Shown here piece after piece: positions 27,812 through 41,421 of a stretch of 64,000 nucleotides of DNA. Under the pieces are notes generated by a model. The model made no database searches. It was given only the letters and a program-made list of their open reading frames with translations, and was not told the DNA's origin. The DNA comes from Tubiluchus corallicola. Taxonomy: Eukaryota; Animalia; Priapulida. The stretch spans positions 44,437 to 108,436 of the forward strand of contig JAQGDQ010000714.1 in the NCBI GenBank assembly GCA_030141605.1, in the 5' to 3' direction. The translations under genes were made by a program, and so were the position numbers. Numbering within the stretch: the first letter of the stretch is position 1; each line of letters starts with the position of its first letter.

Positions 27812-28539
27812 AAGTAGTGGCTTCGGTAATGACTTGTGGGTTGTACAGATTTGCCCATTCTAATGGTTTAATTTATAACCTGTGGACTGGAAGCACTTGG
27901 CCGCTGTAATGGCCTCATAACAATTCAGGGACTGGGACTCTTTGTCCACTGTAATGGCTTCATAACAATTCGGGGACTGCGACTCTTTGTCCACCGTAAC
28001 GGCTTCATAACAATTCGGGGACTGGGACTCTTTATCCACCGTAACGGCTTCACTAACACCTTGTGAGCAGGAGATGTTGGCCAACTTAATATCTATTTTA
28101 CTGCCTCATTATTACCTTGTAGACCTGAAAGGGTTTGTACACCGCAAAGGCTTATTAAAATTAATAGATCAGAATCTATGTCCAGACTCAGTGGCTTTAT
28201 TAACAACTTGTGGTCTGAGAGTGTTTGTCCACGGTCATGGCATGGCTGGATTAAAAAGGAGCTGCTGGTTAGAGGTGTTTGCCAATTCTAATGGCTTCAT
28301 TTATCACTTCTGACTTCTGAGCTGGAAGCATTTGGTCACTGTAATGGCTTCATAACAGACTTGTGGATTGGAAATGTTTGTCCACAACTTGGGGACGTCC
28401 ACTGCAGTGGCTTCCTTAATAATTATTGCATTGTGTCATCAATGCCTTGTAAAGTGGAAGGCCTTGTTATTGGAAAGGCTAAAGTGATAGACAGAAATGT
28501 ATGTTCACTGCAGTGGCTTCACTAGGAAACTTTTGCTAA

Positions 28540-29460
28540 ATGTAATAGCTTCACTTGTGAGCTGAAAGCATTCATCCACTGTAATAGCTTTTTTTAATAA
28601 CTTGTGAGGTCCAACTTTTGCTCAATGTAATAGCTTCATTAAAAACTTGTGAACTAAAAGCATTCATCCACTGTAATAGCTTTTTTTTAAAACTTGTGAG
28701 CTGAAAGCATTCATCCACTGTAATAGCTTTTTTTTAAAACTTGTGAGCTGAAAGCATTCATCCACTGTAATAGCTTTTTTTAAAACTTGTGAGCTGAAAG
28801 CATTCATCCACTGTAATAGCTTTTTTAAAAACTTGTGAGCTGAAAGCATTCATCCACTGTAATAGCTTTTTTAAAAACTTGTGAGCTGAAAGCACTCATC
28901 CACTGTAATAGCTTTTTTTTAAACTTGTGAGGTGGAACCATTCATCCGCTGTAATAGCTTTTTTTTAAACTTGTGAGCTGGAAGCATTCATCCACTGTAA
29001 TAGCTTTTTTTAAAACTTGTGAGCTGGAAGCATTCATCCGCTGTAATAGCTTTTTTTAAAACTTGTGAGCTGGAAGCATTCATCCGCTGTAATAGCTTTT
29101 TTTAATAACTTGTGAGCTGAAAGCATTCATCCACTGTAATAGCTTTTTTTAATAACTTGTGAGCTGAAAGCATTCATCCACTGTAATAGCTTTTTTTAAA
29201 ACTTGTGAACTGAAAGCATTCATCCACTGTAATAGCTTTTTTTAATAACTTGTGAGGTGGAAACGTTTGCTCAATGTAATACTTCATTAATAACTTGTGA
29301 GCTGAAAGCACTCATCCACTGTAATAGCTTTTTAAAAACTTGTGAGCTGGAAGCACTCATCCACTGTAATAGCTTCATTAATAACTTGTGAGTTGAAAGC
29401 ATTCATCACTGTAATAGCTTTTTTTTAAACTTGTGAGCTGAAAGCATTCATCCACTGTTA
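28540..29460. repeat. About 46-bp minisatellite, about 20 copies, with older diverged units back to about 27830
   Basis: Unit ACTTGTGAGCTGAAAGCATTCATCCACTGTAATAGCTTTTTTTAAA. Confidence 0.93.
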
Positions 29461-30389
29461 CTTCAGATTTTTGCTAGTTAAAGAAATAGCTGGTTACGAT
29501 GCAATGTTCACTGTACAATTGATTCAAATGTCCATGGCCAGAAACGGGCAAATGAAATGGCTTTATCTTTTTTACTCAGCTCAAATAAGTTTGGTTTCTT
29601 TACGTTCATACATTATAAAATTACAACCCAGAAACATACACTGGCCTAGTCACATTAAATGCTTACAACTTTCAATGCAATGTCCGCAGTTCTGTGGTTT
29701 TTGCTTTTGCCTCAGTAATTGCAGGACAAGAAAACGAAGCAATGCCTACATTCGAACAAGACATAAACTCGTCCGCTCAATTTCAAGCTAAAGGTAATAT
29801 GATTTTTGAAAACTGCTTAATCACCCAGTTCTCAACTCACGATATTCTAGTGCTAGTCAGTTTTAGACAAAAAAGTAGCAAATTTTAAAAAAGAATAAGC
29901 CAGTTCTCAACTCACACAATATTCCAGTGTTAGTCAGTTTTAGACAAAAAAGTAGCAAATTTTAAAAAAGAAAGTAGTCCCAGCCATTTCAATTGTTTAC
30001 CTCCCAACGAGAACAGCAGACGGTAAAACTTCAGTTGTAATACATGTAACATTGGTAAGTAAATTCCTACATTAAGCCATCTTCCTTCATCTAATTCAAT
30101 TCCGCGACGGACGAATGAATGCCATTTTCAGTATCTCCTCTGCCTCTGATCTGATACGAGATGGGCGCAGCTGTGACAAGAAATCAAGCAAATTACGGCA
30201 AAACCACGTGCCCGTACTACGTCACGTAGACTGGACCCCAGTCCAATTATGCTTGTACCATTCATCGGCTTAGACAGAAAGCTGCTACACAACATTGATC
30301 AACGTGTCAAGATGTTCTGTACCACGTCTCTGACAAGACATTTATGGTCAAGGTACAGGGTGTTCCAGAAGAAACTGTGTGTGCGTGAT

Positions 30390-30717
30390 AGCTTCATTCA
30401 TTACATCATTTCATTTTAAGAACTAATGTTTTCTTTATCACGATTCACTTTAAAATTTCAGATTATCTCCATTACTTTTTTTCTATCACTGTGTGGGACA
30501 ATCTAAGAAGCCCTGCTTTTAGTGTGGGACAATCTAACAAGCCCTGCTTTTTGATTACCCGCAACACATTTACCTTCGTGTATAAGTGAACAGTGTTTGA
30601 GGCTTTTTCTGTGCAGTATTTCTTATTTGTATTATATCCATTGTAGGCCGTTTCACTAGATATTGTACATGAAACTGTTGTAAATGTGTAAGGTGAAATA
30701 AAAGACTTATGACTTAT
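30390..30717 (+). mobile_element. LINE/SINE 3' end, family C
   Basis: TGTGGG...CCCGCA hairpin (partly duplicated), AATAAA, GACTTATGACTTAT tail. Confidence 0.75.
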
Positions 30718-30989
30718 AGAAATATACTGATATGCGGTGCGATGACCAAGTCATGTTACCATGACGACCAAAAACAGATTATCCTATAAGCTGCAGCTAT
30801 CCTATATCCTATATAGGATCCTCCAAGTTTGGTGCCCTCAAGCGTTGGTAACACTTGCTGAAAAATCTGTTTTGACTACGGTTCTGTTGGTACATGTGCT
30901 AATCTGATTTGCAATAAACAGTAAAATAATGGCATTTCTTAAAGAACATTTTATTGACAAACGAAAGATAGCTATTCTGGCTTATTTAA

Positions 30990-31623
30990 AAAAATTGCAC
31001 TAAGTTTATTTCAAGCTATCTAAATGTCGCTAAAATTTGCACTAAGTTTATTTCAAGCTATCTAAATGTCGCTAAAATTTGCACTAAGTTTATTTCAAGC
31101 TATCTAAATGCCGCTAAAAATTGCACTAAGTTTATTTCAAGCTATCTAAATGTCGCTAAAATTTGCACTAAGTTTATTTCAAGCTATCTAAATGTCGCTA
31201 AAATTTGCACTAAGTTTATTTCAAGCTATCTAAATGCCGCTAAAAATTGCACTAAGTTTATTTCAAGCTATCTAAATGTCGCTAAAATTTGCACTAAGTT
31301 TATTTCAAGCTATCTAAATGTCGCTAAAAATTGCACTAAGTTTATTTCAAGCTATCTAAATGTCGCTAAAAATTGCATTAAGTTTATTTCAAGGTATCTA
31401 AATGTCGCTAAAAATTGCACTAAGTTTATTTCAATCTATCTAAATGTCGCTAAAATTTGCACTAAGTTTATTTCAAGCTATCTAAATGTCGCTAAAATTT
31501 GCACTAAGTTTATTTCAAGCTATCTAAATGTCGCTAAAAATTGCACTAAGTTTATCTCAAGCTATCTAAATGTCGCTAAAATTTGCACTAAGTTTATTTC
31601 AAGCTATCTAAATGTCGCTAAAA
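30990..31623. repeat. 42-bp minisatellite, about 15 copies
   Basis: Unit AAATTTGCACTAAGTTTATTTCAAGCTATCTAAATGTCGCTA. Confidence 0.95.
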
Positions 31624-31968
31624 CATATCACGAGTAAAAAATATTCAAGACGGGTGCGGGTTAGTTAGAGGGTGGCTCCGCCTGAGGGCGCCTCATAGTT
31701 TCATTAACCTAGGGGCCCTTTAAAGTCATTGTTACGCTGGAATCATACAAAAATAAAGTTATACGTAGGAAAATTGGAAAATGTCATTATGAAATCATAC
31801 AAATTATATGGTAGAAAAACTGAAAAACGTTATTTTCATGTCATAATAATAATATCATAATGACATTTGCCAATTTTAATGACATCATAATGACATTTGC
31901 CAATTTTAATGACATCATAATGACATTTGCCAATTTTCTGCCATATAACTTGATTTCAACATAAGCAT

Positions 31969-32580
31969 GACATAGACATAGACATAGACATAGAACATTT
32001 ATTTTCTCCAATTAGTTTAACATCAAAAGTTTTTTAAATATTAAGTAATTATAATCATGGAGCAGGGCAGGGAAGGACCACATAGTCATCTAGTCTCCTG
32101 CCCTTTCTTATATGTAGATTAGTATATTAAAAATTAACGGTGATGCTGCAGATAACGAAAACAAAAACAAATAAGAAAAAAATACAAATAAAAACAGTAT
32201 AAATGATACAAATTATCCAAAAATACATGAATACAAAAAATAATAATAAAGTTGGATATCAAAATCTAAACAAAACAATACAATTATTCAGTAATTAGGA
32301 TTATTATATGCAGTAGTTTCAAATGGGGTCTTATTAACAGGGGAATTTGACGAAGGTTAGTGAGTAAAGTTAAAAAACTGAGAGTATGGAAAGATAAAAT
32401 AAGTATCAAAAAAGTGTAATATAGAAAAATTTATGAGAAAAAGTAAGTATGAGAAAGAGCAACAATTACTTAGGAGATGAGGAGAAAAAAAGAAAAAAAC
32501 TTGCTAGCTTGCTTATTAGTCTTACAAGTTATGTACTACAGGTATATTCATATAGTAAGAATTTTGTGTATTTTTTGGAA
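31969..32580 (-). mobile_element. LINE 3' UTR remnant, family A
   Basis: (CTATGT)n tail, AATAAA, GGGCAGG...CCTGCCC hairpin; collinear with 47680-48270. Confidence 0.8.
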
Positions 32581-33513
32581 GCACAAAATAACAACAGGGA
32601 TACTAGCGCTAGGCTGTTTCTTATAGAACAATCTGCATTTAACGGACAGCTTTAACGCTAATCGTTCTAAGAAAATTGACAACTTTAGGCTCAATTAACG
32701 TTTTTGCTTATTTTGCATTTTAATAATGAGAAAAACGACAAAAGCTTAAGACAAGATTTTATTTTACGGTCGCTCATTTAACAGACAACATTAGCACTAA
32801 AGGCTATTTAGCAACTTACACTTGCACTTACACAACAATATAGGTAAGAACGCTACACACAAATAACATGTAGGTGTGGTAGTGTAGTGTGGTGTGGTGT
32901 GGTGAGAATAACTTTTTTATCTAATATTTTTACAACTTCTCTGTGTGGTGTGGTGTGGTGTGGTGAGAATAACTTTTTTTATCCAATCTTTTTACAACTT
33001 CTCTGTGTGGTGTGGTGTGGTGAGAATAACTTTTTTTATCCAATCTTTTTACAACTTTTCCTACTTTGGAGGTGTGATGAGATAGTAACAAGGATAAATT
33101 TTCAGCTTGATAAAGCTATGGGAGCACGCGTCTCCACTCATCTTAAGATTTGGCAATTATGTGTAGTAATTATGCTCATTTGTGTAGTAATTTGACAAAT
33201 CTTAAAAACTATTATATCCACTCCACTGACCTAGCAATTTTCACCAGTAGTTTGCAAGCATAACAGGCACCTAAGAATGGGAGCATTTTTTCTCTGCTTC
33301 ATTCCCCGAATTCTTGAAAACTCGCGAAAACGCTTTGATTAATCTTCTGCCATTTTATTCAAAACAAATTCAAAATAGGTTTTATTTCACGAAGACGATC
33401 GATACTGCCTTACGAAAATCACGTTTGCATGGAAAGTTGATATCGGCATCGTTACTAGTTGCTTAATGGGCAATAATATGGTTACAACGTACACGATACA
33501 GTACCATGCATTT

Positions 33514-33700
<187 letters not shown>

Positions 33701-34100
33701 GTAGAAGCATTGTAAGAGGTTAATAAAATGGGGTGAAATCAAACAACGGCAGAGCATAAATACGCACTAAAGTTCACTAAAATAGTTCACGCGTAGATTA
33801 TGTGTCGTAAATTTGGTAATTAAAATGAAATCAAAGGCTTGCCTAAGAGCCAAGCCGGGTAGCCTAGAAGTAATTTATTTCACCTTGCTGGGTGGCTTCA
33901 CGGAATGTAGTATTTCCTGACATGGCTTCTCAAACAATTCTGCAGGCTAGAACGTTTCGCAATGTGGTTATTCAAAACTCGGGCATCGACCATATTCAAT
34001 TAACGTTGCATTTAACTAACGATAGTCATTGTTAGTTAAGAAGAAAGTATGACTTATCTTTAAGGTTTGGTAACACGAATATTAAAAAGCGAGTTATTAA

Positions 34101-34145
34101 TGTGTGTGTGTGTGTGTGTGTGCGTGCGTGCGTGCGCGTGTGCGT

Positions 34146-34177
<32 letters not shown>

Positions 34178-34240
34178 TTGTGTTTGTGTGTGTGTGTGTC
34201 TGTCTCTGTGTGTGTGCGTGCGTGCGTGTGTGTGTGTGCG
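34101..34240. repeat. (GT)n microsatellite
   Basis: Read directly from the sequence. Confidence 0.97.
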
Positions 34241-37200
34241 ACCAAATTATAAGGCGCAGTGGTAGCAGCCATTCACTTGAAAAGTATGACGTAACTGGTG
34301 GACTTTGTCACTGCATCGTGGCTTTCTGTAAATGCGAGCTGCTTAAACTAGTTCAAACTTCTGAAGCTTAACGTTCACAAAAATATCACAAAATTAGGTA
34401 AGTAAGCAGCTGCTTTACCGATATGCATAGAAAAACTTAAGTAACCACCAGGAACAGTTAAACCAAGGTCTGTTTCATGAGTTACATTCATACAGTAATT
34501 ACATTTAGAATTATTTTTACCAGCATGCACAACTTTTCATTTACCTCTATTAAACTCGAGTAACCAATCAGCTTTTTTCTTAGACTCTGCAGTAAAATTC
34601 ACAAGTCTTTATTTCTAGGATTAGCCTAGGATATTTTAGTTTAATCAAGATTGACCTTATTTTGTGGCCGGCTAATTCACAGTACATGTATATTCTTTAC
34701 TCTGGATTACTTAATTATATAGCAAATGTCATAATTTTAAAATTATTAATGTTTCCTAAATTAAACTGATAACATTAATGCCCACCAGTGTCTAAAAATC
34801 ATTTTATCCATATTCGGTAAAGGATAGGTGACTTTATAGTCTTTTCGCTATCCTTTCTCTAGTTCTAGATCTATCTATACATTTTAACCATACTTCAAAA
34901 CTTATTAGCGATTATTTTATTAATAATGTTTTATTGTAGTATGAAAAAGAGATAAATAAATTGAAATTGAAATGAATTGTCTTTTCGCTATCCTTTCTCT
35001 AGTTCTACATCTATCTATTCATTTTAACCATTCTTCAAAACTTATTAGCGATTCTTTTATTAATCATGTTTTATTGTAGTATTATAAAGAGATAAATAAA
35101 CTAAAATTGAATTGAATTGATAGCAGAGTTAAGTTTCTTAAGATTACGGCTCTTACTGTATTAGCTTATTATCGATAAATACAGTCAATCGGCAAATTCG
35201 GTCCGACGTCTCCCTGCTGTTTGTCCGGCAAACTGAGACATGATCATATGAGTGAATAAATTAGCACAAATGGTGGCATTGCTGTCACAAAGCTCGAGGA
35301 AATACTACAACATTCTTCTCATACAGTGAATATATGCTGCCAAAGACTAGAAGTACTTGTGGTATATTACTTATGTATCCCTTGACAATGCGACTGTCTG
35401 TGACACGAAATACACATTTTTATATCACTTTTTTGACACTTTCAGTTTTAATAATTTAATCTTAACGAGTTTAAATCTTGTATCAATGAGTTAGTGGAAG
35501 TTCATGGTAAACTACATTTTTATATTCTTTGTTCTCATTTGCTCCACAGTGAGTGAAATAACATGGCCATTGTCTCAGTGTGCAGTGTCACCATATAACT
35601 GCATGATATCTATTAGGATCAGAGATATATTATTATTATTATAACTCTATTTTATTATATATATTAACATAAATACATACATAATATACATAAATTCCTT
35701 CTATTTGCAGGGACCAGTATGAACATTATTATAATAAGTTAGAAAATAATTACAATTATCCCTTTTGATATCACTGGTGACTATGATAACAGTAAAACAC
35801 TTATATACAAAAACATATCAACAACTACAAGCGACATAGCTAGATTTACATTTAAATTTATATTTACCTAATTTTATAAATAACTCTTGCTTTTATATTT
35901 TCATTGACGGGTAGCAATCTAATTATATAAAATGACAGTAACTGGACTTCACATTTTTAAAAATAAACTCCACGTTTTTTTTTCGGCTACATTTTCCTCT
36001 TTAGCATTTTTAACAATTTCTACAAACACATTAATAGCATTTCTACTTCTTATTCTGTATATATCCTTAAGTTGCTTAGATGGGAGTGCAGTTTATTAGA
36101 CTCACGGTAATGTAGAATCAATTGCCTAATTGTCTCAAAAGCGTCAATATTAGTACCAGAGATATAAAAGTGAACAGGTACTAATTTATCATCACACAAA
36201 CTTTAGTTTTTCAAATTTCATTTACCTCCTGCGATTCACCCACAGTTTAAACCACTCACAGTTTAGTTAAAGAGGAAGCGCACAAACCTGATGCATTATT
36301 TTCTCTCCAGGTGGCAGCAGCTACACGGTGACATACTAGCTGGGTCTTGTTCTCTGCATCACAGATATTGTCATGGAATGTCTGAATAATGCAATTGTCA
36401 GCGTGTGATCGTCAATCCATCACGTTTGCTTACACTTTCCTAACAGCATCTAGGAAAAAACAAACGTGTCAATAAGCAGCTAAAACAGGAAAAAGGTCCC
36501 TTTTGGCGAGAGTCGATAACGCAGGTTCGTACCTCCGGCGTCTTTATATCAGGGTTTCCGAAAGAACTAAACTGTGCACCTATCTCTTATCTGAATCCCG
36601 AACTATCTGTCAGTGCAATGTAAAGCGTTAAAGTAAATGAGCTCCATATGATTAAAACATCTCGGTTACGCATCTCCTCACAGGATAAAAAGAGAGGACA
36701 GGCTATGCTCCTGTTCTGGCTTAAACATTCAAACAGAGGAGCATGTTATCTGTTTTTGTCCACTTACTAATCACCTTCGTGAAGATAACACTGAACTGAA
36801 CTTCAACGATCTGCATGAATTTTTCAATGGAAACCCAAAGTCATATTGTGAATTTGTAAATAACTGTTTAGCGATTTTTGGACAGTAATGATCATGTTAC
36901 GCGATAATAAGTGTGTAGTGAGAAGTTGTAAATAATTCTTCAGTTATTTTTTAACAGTAATGATCATGTTATATGATCAAAAATTCTTTTTTGTAGTGAT
37001 CTATGGACTGAACTAAATGTTCGACTATCTCGTAATCAGTCAATAAACATATATATATATATATACTGTACATCATCAATTAATTTTCCGAAACCATCCG
37101 CTTACATAAAGCTTAAAAATTCTTTTTGAAATTTTATACCACTTACAAACTGCCTTTTTGCACAGGTCGCTTGAAACAAGTTTAGATAACATTTTGTAAA

Positions 37201-37685
37201 GGTTGAAAAAATAATCAGAGCATTCGTAGCGCACAACTCACTAACTAAGTGAAATTTTAAATTACTGTATCTTGTCAATAAAAATAAAAATACTTATGTC
37301 ATGGTCAAAATGGAAAACATAATGCCTAAGTAAACCCCCGTAAAACGTAACATCAAGCCTTAGACCCGCTGGTTTTTCAAGTGAGCCCTTCGACATTGCA
37401 ACCTCTCTTAAGACATATTAATTATACCTGTGTCGTTGAATTTTTGGTTCATATGCCTTGTTGCCCTCTGGAAAATTGTAGGACAACAACCGCCCACGTA
37501 TGTTGCACAACCCTCTTATTGTGAATAAAAGATGACGCGACAGGGTAGTCAGATTTGTGGATGAGTTGGGAGGTAAAGAGCTGCACCCCCACCATAAAAA
37601 TCTACTAGCTCCCAACAGTTGCACAGTGAAAAAACTCCGATCAGTAATATTACTGTATGTCAGGTCACGTAAAATAACGTTTATA

Positions 37686-38348
37686 TAGGTTTTACACGTC
37701 AAATGTAGACACAGGAAAGTTCAAATGTGACTTAGGTAAGTCAAATGTAGACACAGGAAAGTTCATATGTGACTTAGGTAAGTCAAATGTAGACACAGGA
37801 AAGTTCAAATGTAACTTAGGTAAGTCAAATGTAGACACAGGAAAGTTCAAATGTGACTTAGGCAAGTCAAATGTAGACACAGGAAAGTTCAAATGTGACT
37901 TAGGTAAGTCAAATGTAGACAGGAATTTCGAATGTGTTTTGGTAACTCAAATGTGACTTAGGTAAGTCAAATGTAGATGCATTACTTTGAATAAATCGGT
38001 AATTAAGTTATTTAAGTTCAAATTAGAAAAAGATAAACCAAAGACAGTGCAACTATTAGTAGGCCTATAACGTTTATTTTAACTTAGGAGCAATTATTAA
38101 ATTGAAATTAAAGAAGATTAAATTTAACATCCTTAAGCTTTACCACATATCCACATTTCAGATACCAATGTCACATTTGACTTGACATGTGTCTACATTT
38201 GACTTACCAAAAACGCTTAAGATTTCTTGAAAACCATTGTTAACACATTTGAACTACCAAAGTCTACATTTGAGTTACCAAGACACATTTGAACTACCTA
38301 AGTCTACATTTGAGTTAACGTAGGTCTACATTTGACATGTAAAACCTA
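37686..38348. mobile_element. Same MITE family, with expanded subterminal tandem repeats
   Basis: Same TIRs and TA flanks; tandem GTCAAATGTAGACACAGGAAAGTTCAAATGTGACTTAGGTAA units at 37700-37920. Confidence 0.88.
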
Positions 38349-38773
38349 TATATAACTACATACCCAATCGATGAATTGTACCCAAACTCAGAGAAACACG
38401 TAAAAATCGTCTTTTGTCCGGAAAACTCAAGTGGAACAAATCACACATTCAACGCAGATTTATGCAAACATAATTCTCAGATTGACTTTAATATACAGCC
38501 ATTCGTAAAAACCGCCCGTAAATAACGATTTCGTCTTTCTTTCGTAGATTTCGTAAATTCACTTAACTCACAGTCAGCGCAATAATTTAATCCGCCACAA
38601 GGCTTATAACAACCACTAATGTTAAAAAAAATATAAACAATAATAAAAGATATAAACAAAAATAAGAATTGAAAAAGAAGATTGACCCCCAGGACGATCT
38701 GAGAAAATTTATTCTATTTTAGTCATGGCTTCAACTTCATCACTACTATCATGTAGTATGATACTGTAGCCAG

Positions 38774-39223
38774 CACCATCATCATCATCATCATTCTCGC
38801 CATCATCAACATTATCACCACCACCACTTTAATCATCGTCATCGCCATCACCACAATTATCACCATCACCATCGTCATCGTCTCGTCACCATCATCATTA
38901 TTATCACCACCACCACCTTAATCATCGTCATCGGCATCATCACAATTATCACCACCACCACTACCATCACCATCGTCATCGTCGTCACCATCATCATTAT
39001 TATCACCATAACCACCTTAATCGTCGTCATCGGCATCATCACAATTATCACCACCACCACTACCATCACCATCGTCATCGTCGTCACCATCTTCATTATT
39101 ATCACCACCACCACCTTAATCATTGTCATTGCCATCACCACAATTATCACCACTACCATCACCATCGTCATCATCATGAACACAATTAACACAACTACCA
39201 TTGTCATAGTCATCGTCATCAAC
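38774..39223. repeat. Degenerate (CAT/CAC)n simple repeat with higher-order units
   Basis: Read directly; flanked by an ~85-bp direct repeat (38521-38605 and 39225-39308). Confidence 0.9.
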
Positions 39224-39351
39224 AAATAACGATTTCATCTTTCTTTCGTAGAATTGTAAATTCACTTAATTCACAGTCAGCGCAATAATTTAATCCACCA
39301 CAAGGCTTCGTAAAAAATTGTAAATTAATATACTTTAATCCTCACAAGATA

Positions 39352-40820
39352 GTTTCTCTTATCTTGACGGATCTATGGTGACCAAGCTGTATAATCATCT
39401 CTTATCTTGACGGATCTATGGTGAGTGACCAAGCTATATAATCATCTCTTATCTTGACGGATCTATGGTGACCAAGCTATATAATCATCTCTTGTCTTGA
39501 CGGATCTATGGTGACCAAGCTATATAATCATCTCTTATCTTGACGGATCTATGGTGACCAAGCTATATAATCATCTCTTATCTTGACGGATCTATGGTGA
39601 CCAAGCTATATAATCATCTCTTATCTTGACGGATCTATGGTGACCAAGCTATATAATCATCTCTTACCTTGACGGATCTATGGTGAGTGACCAAGCTATA
39701 TAATCATCTCTTATCTTGACGGATCTATGGTGAGTGACCAAGCTATATAATCATCTCTTATCTTGACGGATCTATGGTGACCAAGCTATATATTCATCTC
39801 TTATCTTGACGGATCTATGGTGACCAAGCTATACAATCATCTCTTATCTTGACGGATCTATGGTGACCAAGCTATATAATCATCTCTTATCTTGACGGAT
39901 CTATGGTGACCAAGCTATATAATCATCTCTTATCTTGACAGATCTATGGTGACCAAGCTATATAATCATCTCTTATCTTGACGGATCTATGGTGACCAAG
40001 CTATATATTCATCTCTTATCTTGACGGATCTATGGTGACCAAGCTATATAATCATCTCCTATCTTGACGGATCTATGGTGACCAAGCTATATAATCATCT
40101 CTTATCTTGACGGATCTATGGTGACCAAGCTATATAATCATCTCTTATCTTGACGGATCTATGGTGACCAAGCTATATATATCAACGGTTGGTCCTATAT
40201 TGGATTATGGTGATGTGATTTGGAACCCAAATCGTCAAGACATGATAAGGAAAATTCAAAGTATACAACGTCGAGCTACCAGACTTGTACTTGCTATTTC
40301 TCATTTATCATATGTTGCAAGACTTATGATTCTGGGCCTTACAACTGTGAAGTACAGGCGCAAAAGCCAAGATCTAATCCAAACATTTCGTATTCTTAAA
40401 GGTATAGAAACCATCAACAGTGAAATATTTTTCCATCGACAGACATATCATGGTACCAGAGGTCACTCGTACAAAATCAAGAAGAGAACAGTTCTCCAAA
40501 GGTGGAGTAGAAGGAGATTCACATTTGCAAGGCGAGTAATTAATGAGTGGAACACGCTGCCTGACCATGTAGTTCAAGCCTCCAATCCTGCCCAGTTTAA
40601 GTCTCGTCTCGATAGATATTGGAAAAACAATGCTGAAAAATATATAGACCCCAGGTTGCCACAATGGCAACAAGAAACCTTGTGCTGCGCTTCATGATCG
40701 CAGTGTCGCCACCTATTATTATGTTTTTTTTTATATTGATAAAGTAAACAAGGAAGAGTGGAGAGGTTTATAAGCTATTTATGCTTAACCTCTATCCTTC
40801 GACGGCAACGGTAACGGTAA
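39352..40820 (+). mobile_element. 5'-truncated CR1-type LINE: ORF2 C-terminus, 3' UTR and tail
   Basis: ORF 40161-40697 KLYISTVGPILDYGDVIWNP...IQRRATRLV...TRGHSYKI...FARRVINEWNTLP...FKSRLDRYW; 3' hairpin (AGAGGTT..AACCTCT) and (ACGGTA)n tail. Confidence 0.9.
39355..40180 (+). repeat. 43-bp minisatellite, about 19 copies, derived from CR1 ORF2
   Basis: Unit TCTCTTATCTTGACGGATCTATGGTGACCAAGCTATATAATCA; a few units carry an extra GTGA. Confidence 0.95.
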
Positions 40821-40996
40821 TGCAGTTACGCTTGTTTTACGTTATTAGCACAAGAAATTTTACAATGCACAAAAAACAAATTCCTGAACACTTGGATTCA
40901 AAATATTATTATAGCCGAAGTGTGATTGTAGTCTAGAACTTTTACTCGTAAAAACGAAATTTTTGGGAAATGGCAATGATAACTGGTAATAAGAAT

Positions 40997-41216
40997 CAGG
41001 GCCGGCCTTAAGCATAGGCAAACTAGGCAACCGCCTAGGGCCTCACCCTCCAGGGGGGCCTCACGCCGAGGTAACATTTTTTGCTTTATACGAACATACT
41101 GCCTCCTCTCTCTCTCTCTCTCCCTCTCTCTCTCTCGTATTTTTTATTTTTCTATTTCATTTGGGGCCACCAAATTCACTTCGCCCAGGGCCTCCAGTTA
41201 CCTAAGGCCGGCCCTG
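40997..41216. mobile_element. hAT-like MITE
   Basis: TIR CAGGGCCGGCCTTA; TAAGAAT duplicated on both sides. Confidence 0.85.
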
Positions 41217-41421
41217 TAAGAATCACTGAACACTGCAAGTTTTACGAGTGGCATAAAACACCGAAAACTTGCTGAACTGTGAATAGAATTTAACAGCTTC
41301 AGCTGATGGTTTTTCTTACTGCTGGGCTTCAATTTTAGTGGTTAGAAAAATCCAATGGAGGTCAAGGAAGAAAAAATTTCGAACTGCAAATCTAGACTTA
41401 CAAGCAAGCAGAGATATTTAA

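Noticed and set aside
36288-36449. Possible minus-strand exon (acceptor ttttttcctag; donors at 36433 or 36287)
   Set aside because: No recognisable protein, ambiguous donor and a competing plus-strand acceptor; unsupported without RNA data.
40161-40697. 178-aa ORF as a host gene
   Set aside because: It is the CR1 ORF2 C-terminus, and its ATG is an internal codon lying in the last minisatellite unit.
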